A stretch of 64,000 nucleotides of DNA from Neovahlkampfia damariscottae (lineage: Eukaryota), in contig JABLTG010000003.1 in NCBI GenBank assembly GCA_016618085.1, positions 248,001 through 312,000 of the forward strand, in the 5' to 3' direction. Positions 12,759-25,156 of the stretch are shown one piece after another. The translations under genes and the position numbers were made by a program. The notes beneath the pieces were generated by a model. That model was not told the DNA's origin and did not search any database. It saw nothing but the letters and a program-made list of their open reading frames with translations. Numbering within the stretch: position 1 is the first letter of the stretch; every line of letters starts with the position of its first letter.

Positions 12759-13820
12759 TTAAAATTCGAATTCTGTCATTAATGAAATATGATCACTTGA
12801 AAATTGATCATTTGGAATTCCTTGATCAAATGCTTCTTCGTCAGGAATTTTTAAAATATTTCTGACTTTCAATTCATCACCAAGATAATAAATATAATCT
12901 AAACAAATTGAAATCCCGGCATGAACTGTATAAGGTGGTTCTCCAACATATAAATCCATATTCTTATGATCTGATTTGATCAATTTTGTGTATTCTGAAT
13001 AAGAACTTTTAAATTTTGGAATTTTCATATTTTCGAGTAATTTACCTACAACTTGTATTTGTTTTAGGTATTTTTCAATAAATTCTTTGTTTGTAAAATC
13101 TCTTTCTTTTACTTTTGTTAATATTTTTGATCCATCATCAACTTCAAAACAACCAGTGAAATATTCATATTCAATATCATCTGGTGTATAATTAAAATCA
13201 CCTGCCATTATCACTGGATATTTGTATTTCAATTCGTTTATTGTTTTTCCTAATTTAGCCATTTGTAGCATTCTGACAATATAATAATCACAACTCCAAT
13301 ATAAATGTGTTGTGGCGACAATAAAATTGAATTCTTCTTTGGTTTCTTTATGAACGTATTGAGCTACCAGGATTAATGCGACATTGTTCATTTTAAAACG
13401 TTCTATTTTATCTTCTTCTTCAAATAAGTCATGTAATTCGTTAAAATTAACCTCTACTTTTTCAATAATTTTTAAATCAAATTCTTTGTTTAATTCTTTT
13501 TTAAGAAATATTGAAACTCCAGAATTTTTTTGTTCTTTGTAATATCCTTCATATCCTAACTTTGTAAATTCTGGTTTCCAAAATTCATCAAAAAAACTGC
13601 ATTCTTGCAAAGTGAAAATATCAGGATTTGCAGATTGAATTTCTTTTAGTAAATTTGGTTTTCTATAACTCCATTTCAAACATTTCTTAGAAGCCCATGG
13701 AAATTGGTCTCTATATAAATTTTTTGGATTCAAAACGTTATACTGCAAGACTCTTAAAATCCTTTTGGAATTTTGTATTTTTGATACTTGTAAAAATTGC
13801 CTCTCGATTGGAAAATTCAT
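12759..13820 (-). CDS. CCR4/nocturnin/Angel-family EEP phosphodiesterase
   Basis: LQYNVL, LKWSYRK, PDIFTLQE, VATTHLYW, AGDFN, LDYIYY and PNDQFSSDH motifs. First ATG is at 13820. Confidence 0.9.
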   Translation of the reverse strand: MNFPIERQFLQVSKIQNSKRILRVLQYNVLNPKNLYRDQFPWASKKCLKWSYRKPNLLKEIQSANPDIFTLQECSFFDEFWKPEFTKLGYEGYYKEQKNSGVSIFLKKELNKEFDLKIIEKVEVNFNELHDLFEEEDKIERFKMNNVALILVAQYVHKETKEEFNFIVATTHLYWSCDYYIVRMLQMAKLGKTINELKYKYPVIMAGDFNYTPDDIEYEYFTGCFEVDDGSKILTKVKERDFTNKEFIEKYLKQIQVVGKLLENMKIPKFKSSYSEYTKLIKSDHKNMDLYVGEPPYTVHAGISICLDYIYYLGDELKVRNILKIPDEEAFDQGIPNDQFSSDHISLMTEFEF

Positions 13821-13976
13821 TTTCTTTATCACTTATAATAATATCTTTTGTTGAAAAATTGAAAAAAACTATTTGTTTTTATATGTGAAAAATTCAATTT
13901 GGAGGATGAAAAATGTGTTTGATTGGAGAGTTTTAATCATTGGTCAATTGTTAAACAAAAATTTTGCATCAATTCA

Positions 13977-14435
13977 ATGCAACGAATAGTTCTTTATGAT
14001 GGAGTTTGTGGTTTATGCAATGGTGTTGTACAAAAAGTAATTTATTTTGATTCTTCAGAAAAAATTCTATTTTCTCCACTTCAAAGCAAATTTTCTGCAA
14101 ATCTTTTGAAAAAAAAAAAATTGAACAACAAAGACTTGGACACATTTTATTATTGTGAAGTTGATGATTTAACAAATCCTAAAATTATTCAACTTTCGAG
14201 TAGATTTTCCGGAGCTTTTTCATTGATATCATCAATGTCAGCATCCAGTTATTTGATGTTATTTTTAAGTTATTTTTTATTTTTTATTCCTAATTTTGTT
14301 GGGAATTTTGTTTACAATTTAGTTGGAAAAAACCGTTATAAAATTTTTGGGAAATACAAAGAAGTTTGTAAAATGTACAGTAAATATCAGATGAAAAGAT
14401 TCATTTTTGATGATTTAAATGATGTAAATAAATGA
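13977..14435 (+). CDS. DCC-family thiol-disulfide oxidoreductase (DUF393)
   Basis: MQRIVLYDGVCGLCNG (DxxCxxC), FSPLQS and YNLVGKNRYKIFGK. Intronless. Confidence 0.9.
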   Translation: MQRIVLYDGVCGLCNGVVQKVIYFDSSEKILFSPLQSKFSANLLKKKKLNNKDLDTFYYCEVDDLTNPKIIQLSSRFSGAFSLISSMSASSYLMLFLSYFLFFIPNFVGNFVYNLVGKNRYKIFGKYKEVCKMYSKYQMKRFIFDDLNDVNK

Positions 14436-14513
14436 TTCTTTTTGACTGGAAATTGTCCCAATCGTCAAAATGGAAGAAAAAGTAACCAATAAAATTCATC
14501 TTCGAAGCACAAG

Positions 14514-14785
14514 ATGGGTTTGTGTAATTCATGTTGTGTGACAAGTGAAGAATATGAAATAATGGATTCTGTAACATTTATTATTTTCAAAATTTTTTGT
14601 TCTAGGAGTTTTTATATAGATATGATGAAAATATGAGGCGAAGATCCAACAATTTACCAATTTCAAAAAAATTATCAAAAGAAAGAGATGTCACACCTCC
14701 ATCAATCGGAGCTTTTTACGATGATAATCAAGGAATATTAAAAACTTACAATACACCTGGTGATGCAACGCCCAAAGATTATTAG
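14514..14785 (+). CDS. 78-aa microprotein with N-myristoylation/palmitoylation motif (absent from ORF track)
   Basis: ATG 14514 begins MGLCNSCC. A phase-0 35-nt GT-AG intron (14571-14605) leads to a second exon open to TAG 14783-14785. CCAAT at 14486. Confidence 0.7.
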
Positions 14786-14818
14786 GAATAATTTTATTAT
14801 ATTTTGTAAATAAATCAT

Positions 14819-16043
14819 TCATCGGAGTTCTACTTTCAAATCCTTTTCAATAATATCACGAAGTTTAAATTGTAATTCATCAACTTCTTCATTTGTTAAA
14901 TTTCTGTCCATATGTCTGTATAAAATTCTGTAACATTTTGATTCTCTTTTTGTTTTTGGATGTGTAAAGTGATCAAGTAATTCCACGTTTTCAATCAAGT
15001 CACCTGCTATATCACGACATTTTTCATAAAAGTCATTGTCATGAAAATTGTCATTTGGCAACCAAAAAGTGATGTCTTTATAACAAGCTGGATATTTAGA
15101 ATATGATGTAAATTTCTTAATTTCACCATCCGCAAATTGTTTCAAAAATCTTTGGTCTTGAAAATTAAAAAAAAAATTTTTGTACCTTCACTCCAGAACA
15201 ATCTGATGTCTTGTATTCCAAATAGGGCCATTGCTAATCTTTCTAATCCTAAACCAAATGCATAACCAACTTTATCTCCTTGATTTGTATTTTTCATAAT
15301 TTGTTTTTCAATCAAACCACAACCCAAAACTTTTTTAAAAAGAGTGAATATTAATTTTGAAATATACCTTCCATCCATTTGTTATCAAACAAAATTTCAA
15401 CTTCAAATGAAGGTTCCGTAAATGGAAAATATTCATCAATCCATTTTTTTTCATATTCTGAGCCAAATAACTCTTCAACTAATCCGTTAAGATGTTCTTT
15501 CATTTTTCTTTCAACAAATTTTTCATATGTTTCATTTGAGTTCAATTTTTGAGTTTCATACTCCTCCTTTGTGTAAATTCTAACTGCATCCATTTGATGA
15601 AAAATCGGATAATGACTTGAATCGATATCATCTCTTCTGTAAACATCACCAGAAACTAAAAATGCATTGTATCCTTTTTGAATTAAATCAGTTTGATGAG
15701 CTGTTGTATGAGTTCTTAAACATTCATTTTCATTAAAAAAATAAGTATCTGTTGGTTTTCTTGAAGGATGGTTTTGTGGAAACAACAAATCATCAAAACA
15801 TTGCTTGGTGGTAACCTTTGGTGAAATATTATCAAAATATTTATAACTTGGATCAATTGAAATGAAATATTTTTCAATTTTGTTTTTTATTATGTTCAAA
15901 GGATGGTTTTTAACTAAATATATTTTTTTATCTAATTTTTCTTGTATTTGTTTTGGAATATTATTAAATTTGCTATAATTTTTAATATTTTGGAATTTAT
16001 TCAATTTGTTGTATTTTTTAGTTTGTTTTATGAATTTTTGCAT
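14819..16043 (-). CDS. FARS2: Mitochondrial (monomeric) phenylalanyl-tRNA synthetase
   Basis: NHPL, FDDLL..HPSR..DTY, LRTHTTAHQ, GDVYRRDDIDSSHYPIFHQMD, YFPFTEPSFE, GYAFGLGLERLAM and a C-terminal FDX-ACB domain. Two introns. Confidence 0.97.
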
Positions 16044-16130
16044 CTCTTCAAAATTTCGATTTCATTGGTTAAAATATTGTAGAAGTTTTATTGGTTCAAA
16101 AAAAAAACGTTTTGTTGTTGGTTTTGAAGA

Positions 16131-17950
16131 ATGAATAAAAAAAAACTTTTGAAAGATATCATAAATGATCAGTTTGGTGATGAAAAAGTTGGAGTATATT
16201 TTATTGTTTTTTTTTTAAAAACTTCAAAAGAAAGTTGGAAGCTTTTTAGTTGACTCAGGTGTTCAAACATTACAAAATATCTCTAAATTTGTAAAACTAC
16301 CATCTAAAAGTATTTGTGAGTCTTTATCTATTTTGATACATCACAATATTTGTAAATTCTACAATGAAGATGAATTAATGAAAATTTTAAAAACAAAAGA
16401 TGAAATTAAAGAATATGAAGAGATAAAGTACATACCTGAAAAAAAAAATTCATTTAATTTTTTGTTAGACAAAGCAAAAAAGATAAAGGTGAAACCACAA
16501 ACGAATTTGATAATTTTTATTATCAAATTCTTCCATCAGCTATTTTAATGAAATATAGATTAGCTCAATGTATACAGTTAATCAAGAATGACTTTGGTCA
16601 ATATGTTAGTTTTCAATTCTATTTTTAATTTTTTTCGAAAAGTCTGAATTCATTTTAGAAACTTTATCAGAATATGGAAGATTAACAGTCACAGATTTAT
16701 TAGATAAAACACTCACTAACTATCAAAGTAAACAAGAATATCTTTCAGAAAATGATGAAAAAAGAATCAAATTAACTTTTGAAAAAATGGTACAAGAAAG
16801 ATACATTTCAAGAGTCGAAAAAATCAATTTCGGTTTGTTTTTTTTAAATTTCAAACTAATACCTTTAGAAATTACAAATCCAATAAAATTAAAAAATATA
16901 ACAAAAAATGACAATCCAAAAAATAAACCAATCACTAATGCACCAATAAAAAAATCAAAAAAAAGAAAAATTGATGATTTAGATGAAGAAGAAACTGTTG
17001 AAGATTCAGAAAATAAAAAACAAAAAATGGATGAAGATATGGGTGAAATTTTATGGATGATTAATTTTGATCAATTTATAAGAAAATTTAGACATGAAGA
17101 AATCATTCAACATGTTAATCATAAAATCAATGCAACATGTGCAACTATTTTATCAAAAGTCATTCAATTAGTTGCTCCTTATGAAAAACAAAAAAATGAT
17201 GCTTTATCTAGTAAGTAGAATTTCAATTGAATTTATTTTTAGGATCTGTTAGATTTCAAGAAATTTATTCTGGACTTGCTGAAGATGAAGATATTTCAGA
17301 AACTAATTTAGAAAGATATTTAGAATTGTTATGTAATGAAGGTATACTTCAATTATTATCAGGTCAAAATGGAGGTTCTTATTCAGTTCGTTTTGATGAT
17401 GTTTGTACAATTTTAAAACGTCAACATGCTGAAAATATTGTTGAACAAAAATATGGTGTCATTGGAGGAAGAATATTCAGACTTTTATTGATTAAAAAAC
17501 AATTAGAAGAAAAACAAGTAAATTTAACATTTTTTAACACTTTTTGAAAAGATTACTCAATTTGCAATGCTACCACCAAGTGAAGCTAGATCTTTATTAT
17601 TTCGTTTATTTCAAGACAATTTATTACAATTACAAGAAGTTCCAAAAACATCTGATCATCATCCAACAAGAACTTTTTATCTTTGGAATGTTCATTTAGA
17701 AACTGTTTATCAAAAGTTAATTGAAGATATGTTTAAAACTGTTTTGAACTTAAGATTAAGACATTCCGCTGAAAGAAATAAAGTTCTTTCAAAAATTGGT
17801 GGTGGTGATGTTTCCAACATTGCTCTTTCTTTATCTGTTGAACAAGATAAATTATTGGAAAGATTTGGTAAAGTTGAGGTTAGATTAGAATTTTCAATTT
17901 TACATTTGATGAATTTGATTATGCAATTTGAAGAATTCAACTCAGACTAA
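16131..17950 (+). CDS. POLR3C: RNA polymerase III subunit RPC3/RPC82
   Basis: SLSILIHHN, KYGVIGGRIFRLL...LEEKQ and LQEVPKTSDHHPTRTFYLW. Six short introns. Confidence 0.93.
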
Positions 17951-18013
17951 AAATAGATTTTGTTAACCAATAAATACATCCCTTTTTTTTCAACTTTCTA
18001 AACTCAACTCCGA

Positions 18014-18808
18014 ATGAACTTTTTTAAACAACAACAAGTGAAATATCCTGTTTTCTTTACAAAAGAAATACAAGAAAAAATGAAGAAATTGAACACTTTT
18101 GACAAATCAAAAATTACTGTTGAAAACGTTGAAGAAGTTGTTGTCAAAGGAAAACCAAATTTGATTATTAAAAATATTCTATCAAAAGAAGAATGTGATT
18201 TATTAATAAAAGAAACTGAAAAAACAGGTTATGAAGAAGCAGAAAAGTTTTGTTTCAGTAATTACAAAAAAAGAAAAATTAATTTTTTTAAAAGTGTACA
18301 GAGATCGTTTGAATGATCGTATGAACAAAATAAATTCACTCTAACAATTTTTAAAGGTATGATGTCTGATGATAAAGATTTTGCTGATTTTGTTTGGAGC
18401 AGAATTGAAGGTTTAATCCCAAAGAAATATACCCATCAAGGAACCGAATGGGAATTAGATAATTTAAATAGCAGATGGAGATTTTGTAAATACACAAAAG
18501 GACATTATTTTGGACCGCATACTGATGGAGCATATCCACAAAACTACAACAGAAGAAGTTTCTTAACATTCATGTTTTATTTAAACTCATCAAAGGATGG
18601 CGCTTACAAAGGTGGATCTACAAACTTTCTCAAATATGGTAAAGACTTAAGTAAAAGTGAAATTGTTCATTCTGTTGTTCCAGACACAGGAATGGCTTTA
18701 GTCTTTCTACAAGAAGATGTTGATTATCTTCATGAAGGAGCGAAATTAGAGGACGGTACAAAATATATTTTAAGAACAGACGTAATGTACAACAGAGTTC
18801 AAAATTAA
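18014..18808 (+). CDS. 2OG-Fe(II) oxygenase, prolyl-4-hydroxylase-like
   Basis: NILSKEECDLLI, LNSRWRFCKY, HTD, LTFMFYLN, GGSTNF, LHEG and KYILRTDVMY. A 24-nt micro-exon (18295-18318) lies between two introns. Confidence 0.92.
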
Positions 18809-18817
18809 ATCATTTCT

Positions 18818-20966
18818 TTATTTTTTCTTTTTTGGTTTTTCATCTTCATCATCAGATTCATCATCATCTTTTGCATCATCCATGTAGAAATAAGCACCAG
18901 AATCTTTTTGAGATCTGTCTTTAACACTACCTAATTTATTTACTCTCGGTCTGTAATTTGAAGGATCTCTTCTGAATGTTACATCTAAAGATTTCAAAAA
19001 CTTGTTCATTCCATGTAACAAAGCTTGTGGACTGATTTGAAATAAATGAATAAAAAATAAAAAAACTTACGCTGTAGCAGTACATTCAACTGATGGAACA
19101 CCTTCATAAACAATAACTCTATCAGCCAAATAAGTAGCCATAATAAAATCATGTTCTACAACAAAAGCTGTTTTTTTTGCATGAAGAATGAATCTTTTGA
19201 TAACTTTAGCTGTAATTAAACGTTGTTCTGAATCAAGATAAGCAGAAGGTTCATCAATAAGATAAACATCAGCAGGAGTACCTAAAGCTAAAACAACAGC
19301 AACTCTTTGTAATTCACCACCTGATAAGTTTAATACTTTCAAATCTAATAAAGTTTCAATTTTCATAGGTTTAACAACATCTGTTTGAAATTGAGGATGA
19401 AGATATGCGTCTTTAATTTTTGCGTATAATAATTCTTTAACTGAACCTTTGAATTTTGGACTGATTTTTTGAGGTTTATAAGAAATATGAAGTTCAGGTA
19501 CATGAACATCTTTTTGATCAGGTTTTAATTTTCCAGCAATCATATTGATCACTAATAAAGAAATGTGTGAAAAAAATTTTTTTTTTTTTACAAGTTGATT
19601 TTCCAGTTCCATTTTCACCTAAAAGAACAATAATTTCTGAGTCTGTATAAACACCTCCTTTAATGTTTAATTTGAACTTTTCAAATGAAATGGACATATC
19701 TGGAAATTTATATCTAGCTCTACTTTTTGACTCTTCTTCTGAAACTTCTTCTGTTGATTCTGAGACTTTAAATGTTAATGAGAAATCTCTGAATCTTAAA
19801 TTTTCAGTTGGTAAAAATCCAGATAAGAAAATGTTAATTCCTTCACGAACACTAAATGGTAATGAAATAACACCATAAGCTCCAGCAACACCATAAAGTA
19901 CGCAAACTGAATCTGATAAGTAATCTAACAAAGATAAATCATGTTCTACAACAACAACATATCTTGTTTGTTGTACTGTTGAACGAATAACTTCACCAGC
20001 TTTAAGTCTTTGTCTTACATCTAAATATGAAGATGGTTCATCATACATGTAACTATAAAAAGTGTCAAAAAAAAAAAAGTGTAAAGTTACATGTCTGCAT
20101 CTAAAAGAGCAACAATCATAATAGCAAATCTTTGTAATTCACCTCCTGAAAGTTGTTTGATATCACGTTCTAAAATTGGTTCCATATCAAGAGCTTTGAT
20201 TAATTCATCTTTTGCGTCTCTTTGATTTTTAGCATCAATAGCTATTAAAAGATGTTTTTAATTTTTTATTTTCTTTACTTTTGATAACTGTTCCTTTTGC
20301 TGCTTTTGGAATGTTGTCAACTAATTGTGGTTTAACAGCAGCTTTAAGGTTATCTTCTAATAACTTTTTGAAATATCCTTGAAGTTCACTACCTCTGAAA
20401 TGTGTTAAAATATCTTCCCATTGTGGTTCATTCTAAAGAAGAATTTGAGTTTTTTTTTTTTTTTGAACCTTGAAATTTCCAAGATTTGGTTTACGTTTAC
20501 CAGCTAAAATTTGAAGAGCAGTTGATTTTCCAATACCGTTTGTACCAACTAAACCTAAAACAACACCAGGTCTTGGATTTGGAAGACTAAAAGAATAAGT
20601 CAAATTGAAAGAAACCTTACCGATGTAATTTGAAACTATTTGGACCATAACGATGAGTTGTTTCCTTTTCTAAATTTTTTGGAAGATTGATAATTGAGAT
20701 GGCTTGGAAAGGACATTTCTTTTTTTTTAATTTTTTTTTTTTTTTACTTTGACACAAATACCACAACCAATACAGAGTGTTTCTGAAAGGAGAGCAATTT
20801 TTTCAGTTTGTGAGACTTGGATACATAATTGACCCATACGAACAACTGGACAACTTTTTTTGCACTCGAGCATACATTTTTTTGGTTTACATCTATCTGA
20901 AGCAACAATAGCAATTCTTGTTTGCTTTTGTTCTTCTTTCGTCAAACCTTTATCTTTTTTTCCCAT
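18818..20966 (-). CDS. ABCE1: ABCE1/RLI1 ribosome-recycling ATPase
   Basis: N-terminal Fe-S cysteines ([25 protein letters not shown]) and two ABC domains ([26 protein letters not shown]). Seven introns. Confidence 0.98.
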
Positions 20967-21154
20967 GAGCTTTGTGTATTCGAATTGAAAATGAAGGAAG
21001 ACAAATGATTGGTCGAAAAATCGAGTATTTAATTTTGGTTGAAAATTGACTTTTTTTTTTTAAAAAAGTATGTCTTTGGTATTTTCAATTTTTTTTGTAT
21101 TCGTAGTGTGATTTCATTGGTTCGTGATTGGACAAAGAATACAAAAAAAAATTG

Positions 21155-24100
21155 ATGTCAGAGAAGAAAAGAAAATTATCCACATCGAAAAAACCATCAA
21201 AAAAACAAAAAGTTGATGATATATTATCACCAGAATTAAAAAAAGAACTGGGTATTGAAGATGAGTAAATAACAAAAAATTTAACACAAAAAAAGAAATG
21301 GAACCAATTCTGCGGTTATCATACCAAAAAAAAAGAAAACTGTAAAAGTTATCAAAAAGAAAAAACCAGAAATTTCAGATGAAGAAGCTAGAAAATTAAA
21401 ATCAATAAAAAAAAGAAAAGACGAAAAACAAACACAAGAAACGTGTTATCAAATTTTGAAGTATGAATTTTTATTGATTTAAATGTATTTTAGAGAAAAT
21501 TCTTTGACAGATGAAGAACAAAAATTACTACGTTCTACTAAAAATATTGGAGCCAAACAAACTTCAAAACAAAAAATAGCAAGAGCTGATATGGAGACAC
21601 GTATGGGATTATCAGTATCCGTTGATTTAGATAAAATCAGTGGAAGATTTAAATTAAAACAAAAAGATTGGAAAACAGAATGGAACGAAGATGCTCAAAG
21701 AGATCTTTATGGAGAAAAAGAAGAAGAAGAAGAAGAAGAAGAAAAAGAAGAAGAAATTATTCAAGAAGAGAAAGTTGAACATATAATATCACCTAAAGAA
21801 GAAAAACCATTTTTTACTGTAAATTTTGGTGGAAAATCTGAAATTGAAGAGACCAATAATGAAATGATTGAAGAAGATCAACCAAAAGAAGAAGAAGAGG
21901 AAAAAGAAGAAGAAGAAGAAGAATTTGATGATGAAGAACCATCAAATAAAAGAGAAATAATTTTACAAGGATTTGACACTTTCATGCAATTAATTGCAGA
22001 AAAAGTAAAAGATAAAGAAATTTCAGATGAATTAATTCAAGCAGCAACTGATTTAATGAACATTGTTGTTGAAGATTCTGATGATGAACAGGAAGAGGAA
22101 GAAGAAAATGATCCAAATTATCAAATCAATGTTGATGCAAGAGAAGACATTGAAATAATCAAAGATATGATTGAAGAAAAAGATTCAAAGTTAACAGATG
22201 AAGAAAGAAAAAGAAAATATACAAAATTCTTTGTCATTATTGATAGAGATCCAGAAATTCAAGAACAAAGAGATAATTTACCAATTTGTGCAGAAGAACA
22301 ACCAATTATGGAATGCATTTTGGAGAATGATATCGTCATCATTTGTGGTGAAACAGGTTCTGGAAAAACAACCCAAGTGCCACAATTTCTTTATGAAGGT
22401 GGTTTTTCACATAAATCAAGTGGATTTCCTGGAATGATTGGTGTAACTCAACCAAGACGTGTGGCTGCTGTTTCTACAAGTCAAAGAGTTGCTCAAGAAA
22501 TGAACACCAAATTAGGAAAAACAGTTGGATATCATGTTCGTTATGATAACAAAATCAACTCAGATACAAATATCAAATTTATGACAGATGGTATTTTGAT
22601 TCAAGAAATTCAAGATGATCCATTATTATTGAAATATTCTGCTTTGTTGATTGATGAAGCTCATGAAAGAAATATTAATACTGACATTTTGATTGGATGG
22701 TTATCAAGATTTATTCCACAGAGAAATAAAATGGCAAAGTTAGGAGAGAAATCACCAAAAGGAGAAATCATTACACCTTTGAAATTGGTAATTATGAGTG
22801 CTACTCTTAGAGTTTCAGATTTCACTGAAAATTCAGTTTTATTCAAAACACCACCTCCTGTTATCAACATTAAATCAAGACAATTTCCAGTTACTGTTCA
22901 TTTTAGTAAAAAAACTGATTTAGGTGATTATACAGAAGCTTGTTTTCAAAAAGTTAAAAAAATTCATGAAAATTTACCAAATGGTGGAATTTTGATTATT
23001 TTAACAGGTAAAGATGAAATTGAAACACTTTGCAAAAAATTGAAAAAATATTCAAAAAAGAGAGAAAGTTATTTGGAAAAATTAGAATTAGAAGATTCAA
23101 AAGATGTAAAAGAAGAAAGAACCAATGAAGAAGAAGAAGATGAAGATTTTGATGAAGAAGCATTCATCAATGGTTTAGGTGATTTAAGTGATGAAGATGA
23201 TGAAAAAGAAGGTGATTATTTTGATGAAGATGATGAATCAAAAGAAATTGTTTTATTTGAAAATAACATCAAAGATGATGCTACAAAAAAACAAGGAGCC
23301 AAAGCATTAAAAAAAATGTCAAAACAAGTTGTCAAAAAATTACACGTTTTACCATTATATGCAATGTTAAGCCCAGAAAAACAATTAGAAATTTTCAAAG
23401 AGCCTCCTGAAAATTCAAGATTATGTGTTGTTTCAACAAATATTTCAGAAACTTCTTTGACTATTCCAGGAATCAGATACATTGTTGATTCTGGTAGAGT
23501 GAAAGAAAAAGAATTTGAAAAAAATACTGGAATTTCAAAATTTGTTGTGAAATGGACTTCAAAAGCCAGTGCAGATCAAAGAAGTGGTAGAGCTGGTCGT
23601 ACAGGTCCAGGACATGCTTATAGAATATATAGTTCAGCTGTATTTGATAATAAATTTCCACAATTCACAGATCCTGAAATTATTCAAGTTCCTTGTGATC
23701 ATGTGATTCTTCAAATGAAAAATATGGGAATTCAAAAAATTGATAATTTCCCATTTCCAACACCTCCAGATGCAACTTTAATGAAGAAATGTAAATTCAA
23801 ATCATTTTTTTTTAAACTCTATTTTTAGCAATGGATTTGTTGAAATTCATTGGTGCTGTTGAAACGAAATCCGAATTAATAACTCAATTAGGTAAAGATA
23901 TGAAGAATTTTCCAGTTCATCCTAGGTTTGCTAAAATGTTGATTCTTGGACTTCAAAAACCAGATTGTTTACCATATATTATTTTGATTGTTTGCGCTCT
24001 TACAGTTCAACAAATTTTTATTGATAAACCAATCATCAACCAAGATAAGAAACAAGAATCAGAAGAAAATTTTGAAGAACAACTTGAAGATGAAGAAGAA

Positions 24101-25153
24101 GAAGTTGAAGAAGTTGAAAAAAACAAATCCATCATCAAATTATTCAAAGAATCAAGAAAGAAATTTGATAGTCAAAAAAGTGATTTAATTTCAGCTTTGA
24201 AAGCATGTGGAGGTTATGAGTATTGTAATAATGAAAAATCTAAAAAGCAATTCTGTGAAAAGAATTTCCTTCATTTTAAAAATATGAAAGAAATTCATGC
24301 TTTAAGAGAACAATTGGTGAAATTATTGAATAAATTTGATGAAAAAGTATCTTTTGGAATGATTGGAGAAGACAAACTTCCACCACCAAATGAAGAACAA
24401 CAATTGATCATCAGACAAATTTTATGTTCAGGATTTATAGATCAAGTGGCAAAAGAAGCAACAGAAGAAGATATTGAAAGAATAGAAACATTAGGAATTC
24501 CAATGAAAAGAGGACAAAAAATGTATATCTCACATTACTTGGGTGTATCAAAACCATTATTCATTCATCCATCTTCATTTTTATTAAAGAAATCACCAAA
24601 GTATTTGATTTTTTCAGAATTGATTGAAAGTAAATCTGGATATATTTACATGAGAGGTATTACAGAGATCAACGAAAATTGGTTATCTTCTTATGGTGGT
24701 GAATCATTGGTTGAATTTTCTAATCCAATTGGCGAACGTTATAATGAAAAAAAAGATAAAATCACTTCATTTGTGGAACCAAAATTTGGATCAAATTTAA
24801 CTTGGAAATTAAGTAGTTTTGAAAGAGATTATCCATCAAATGAATTGGGTTATTTTAAAATCAAAAATGGATTCAAAGCACAACTCTTTTTGAAATTTTT
24901 TATGGAAGGAAAAGTTTTCAAGGAAATTTCAAAATATGAATTTAATTTCAAAACTGCGGAAATTACTAATAAATTTATCAGTAAAAATGCAATTGAGTTG
25001 TTTGAGAATTTCAAACATAATGGAAATTTAATTTTAACAAAGAAACAATTGATTGAAATCTGGAAAAATGATAAAAAATTTTTTAAGGATCAATTCAAAA
25101 AATGGTTGAAACCAAAGTTTATTTCCGAATTAAAATGGCCTCCTAAAGAATAA
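21155..25153 (+). CDS. DHX37: DEAH-box RNA helicase DHX37/Dhr1
   Basis: QEQRDNLPICAEEQPIME, GETGSGKTTQVPQFLYE, DEAHER, MSATLRV and SKASADQRSGRAGRTGPGH, plus HA2/OB region. Three introns. Confidence 0.95.
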
Positions 25154-25156
25154 AAC

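Noticed and set aside
21715..22110. GAA-rich tandem tracts in DHX37
   Set aside because: Poly-Glu low-complexity coding sequence, not a satellite or CRISPR array.
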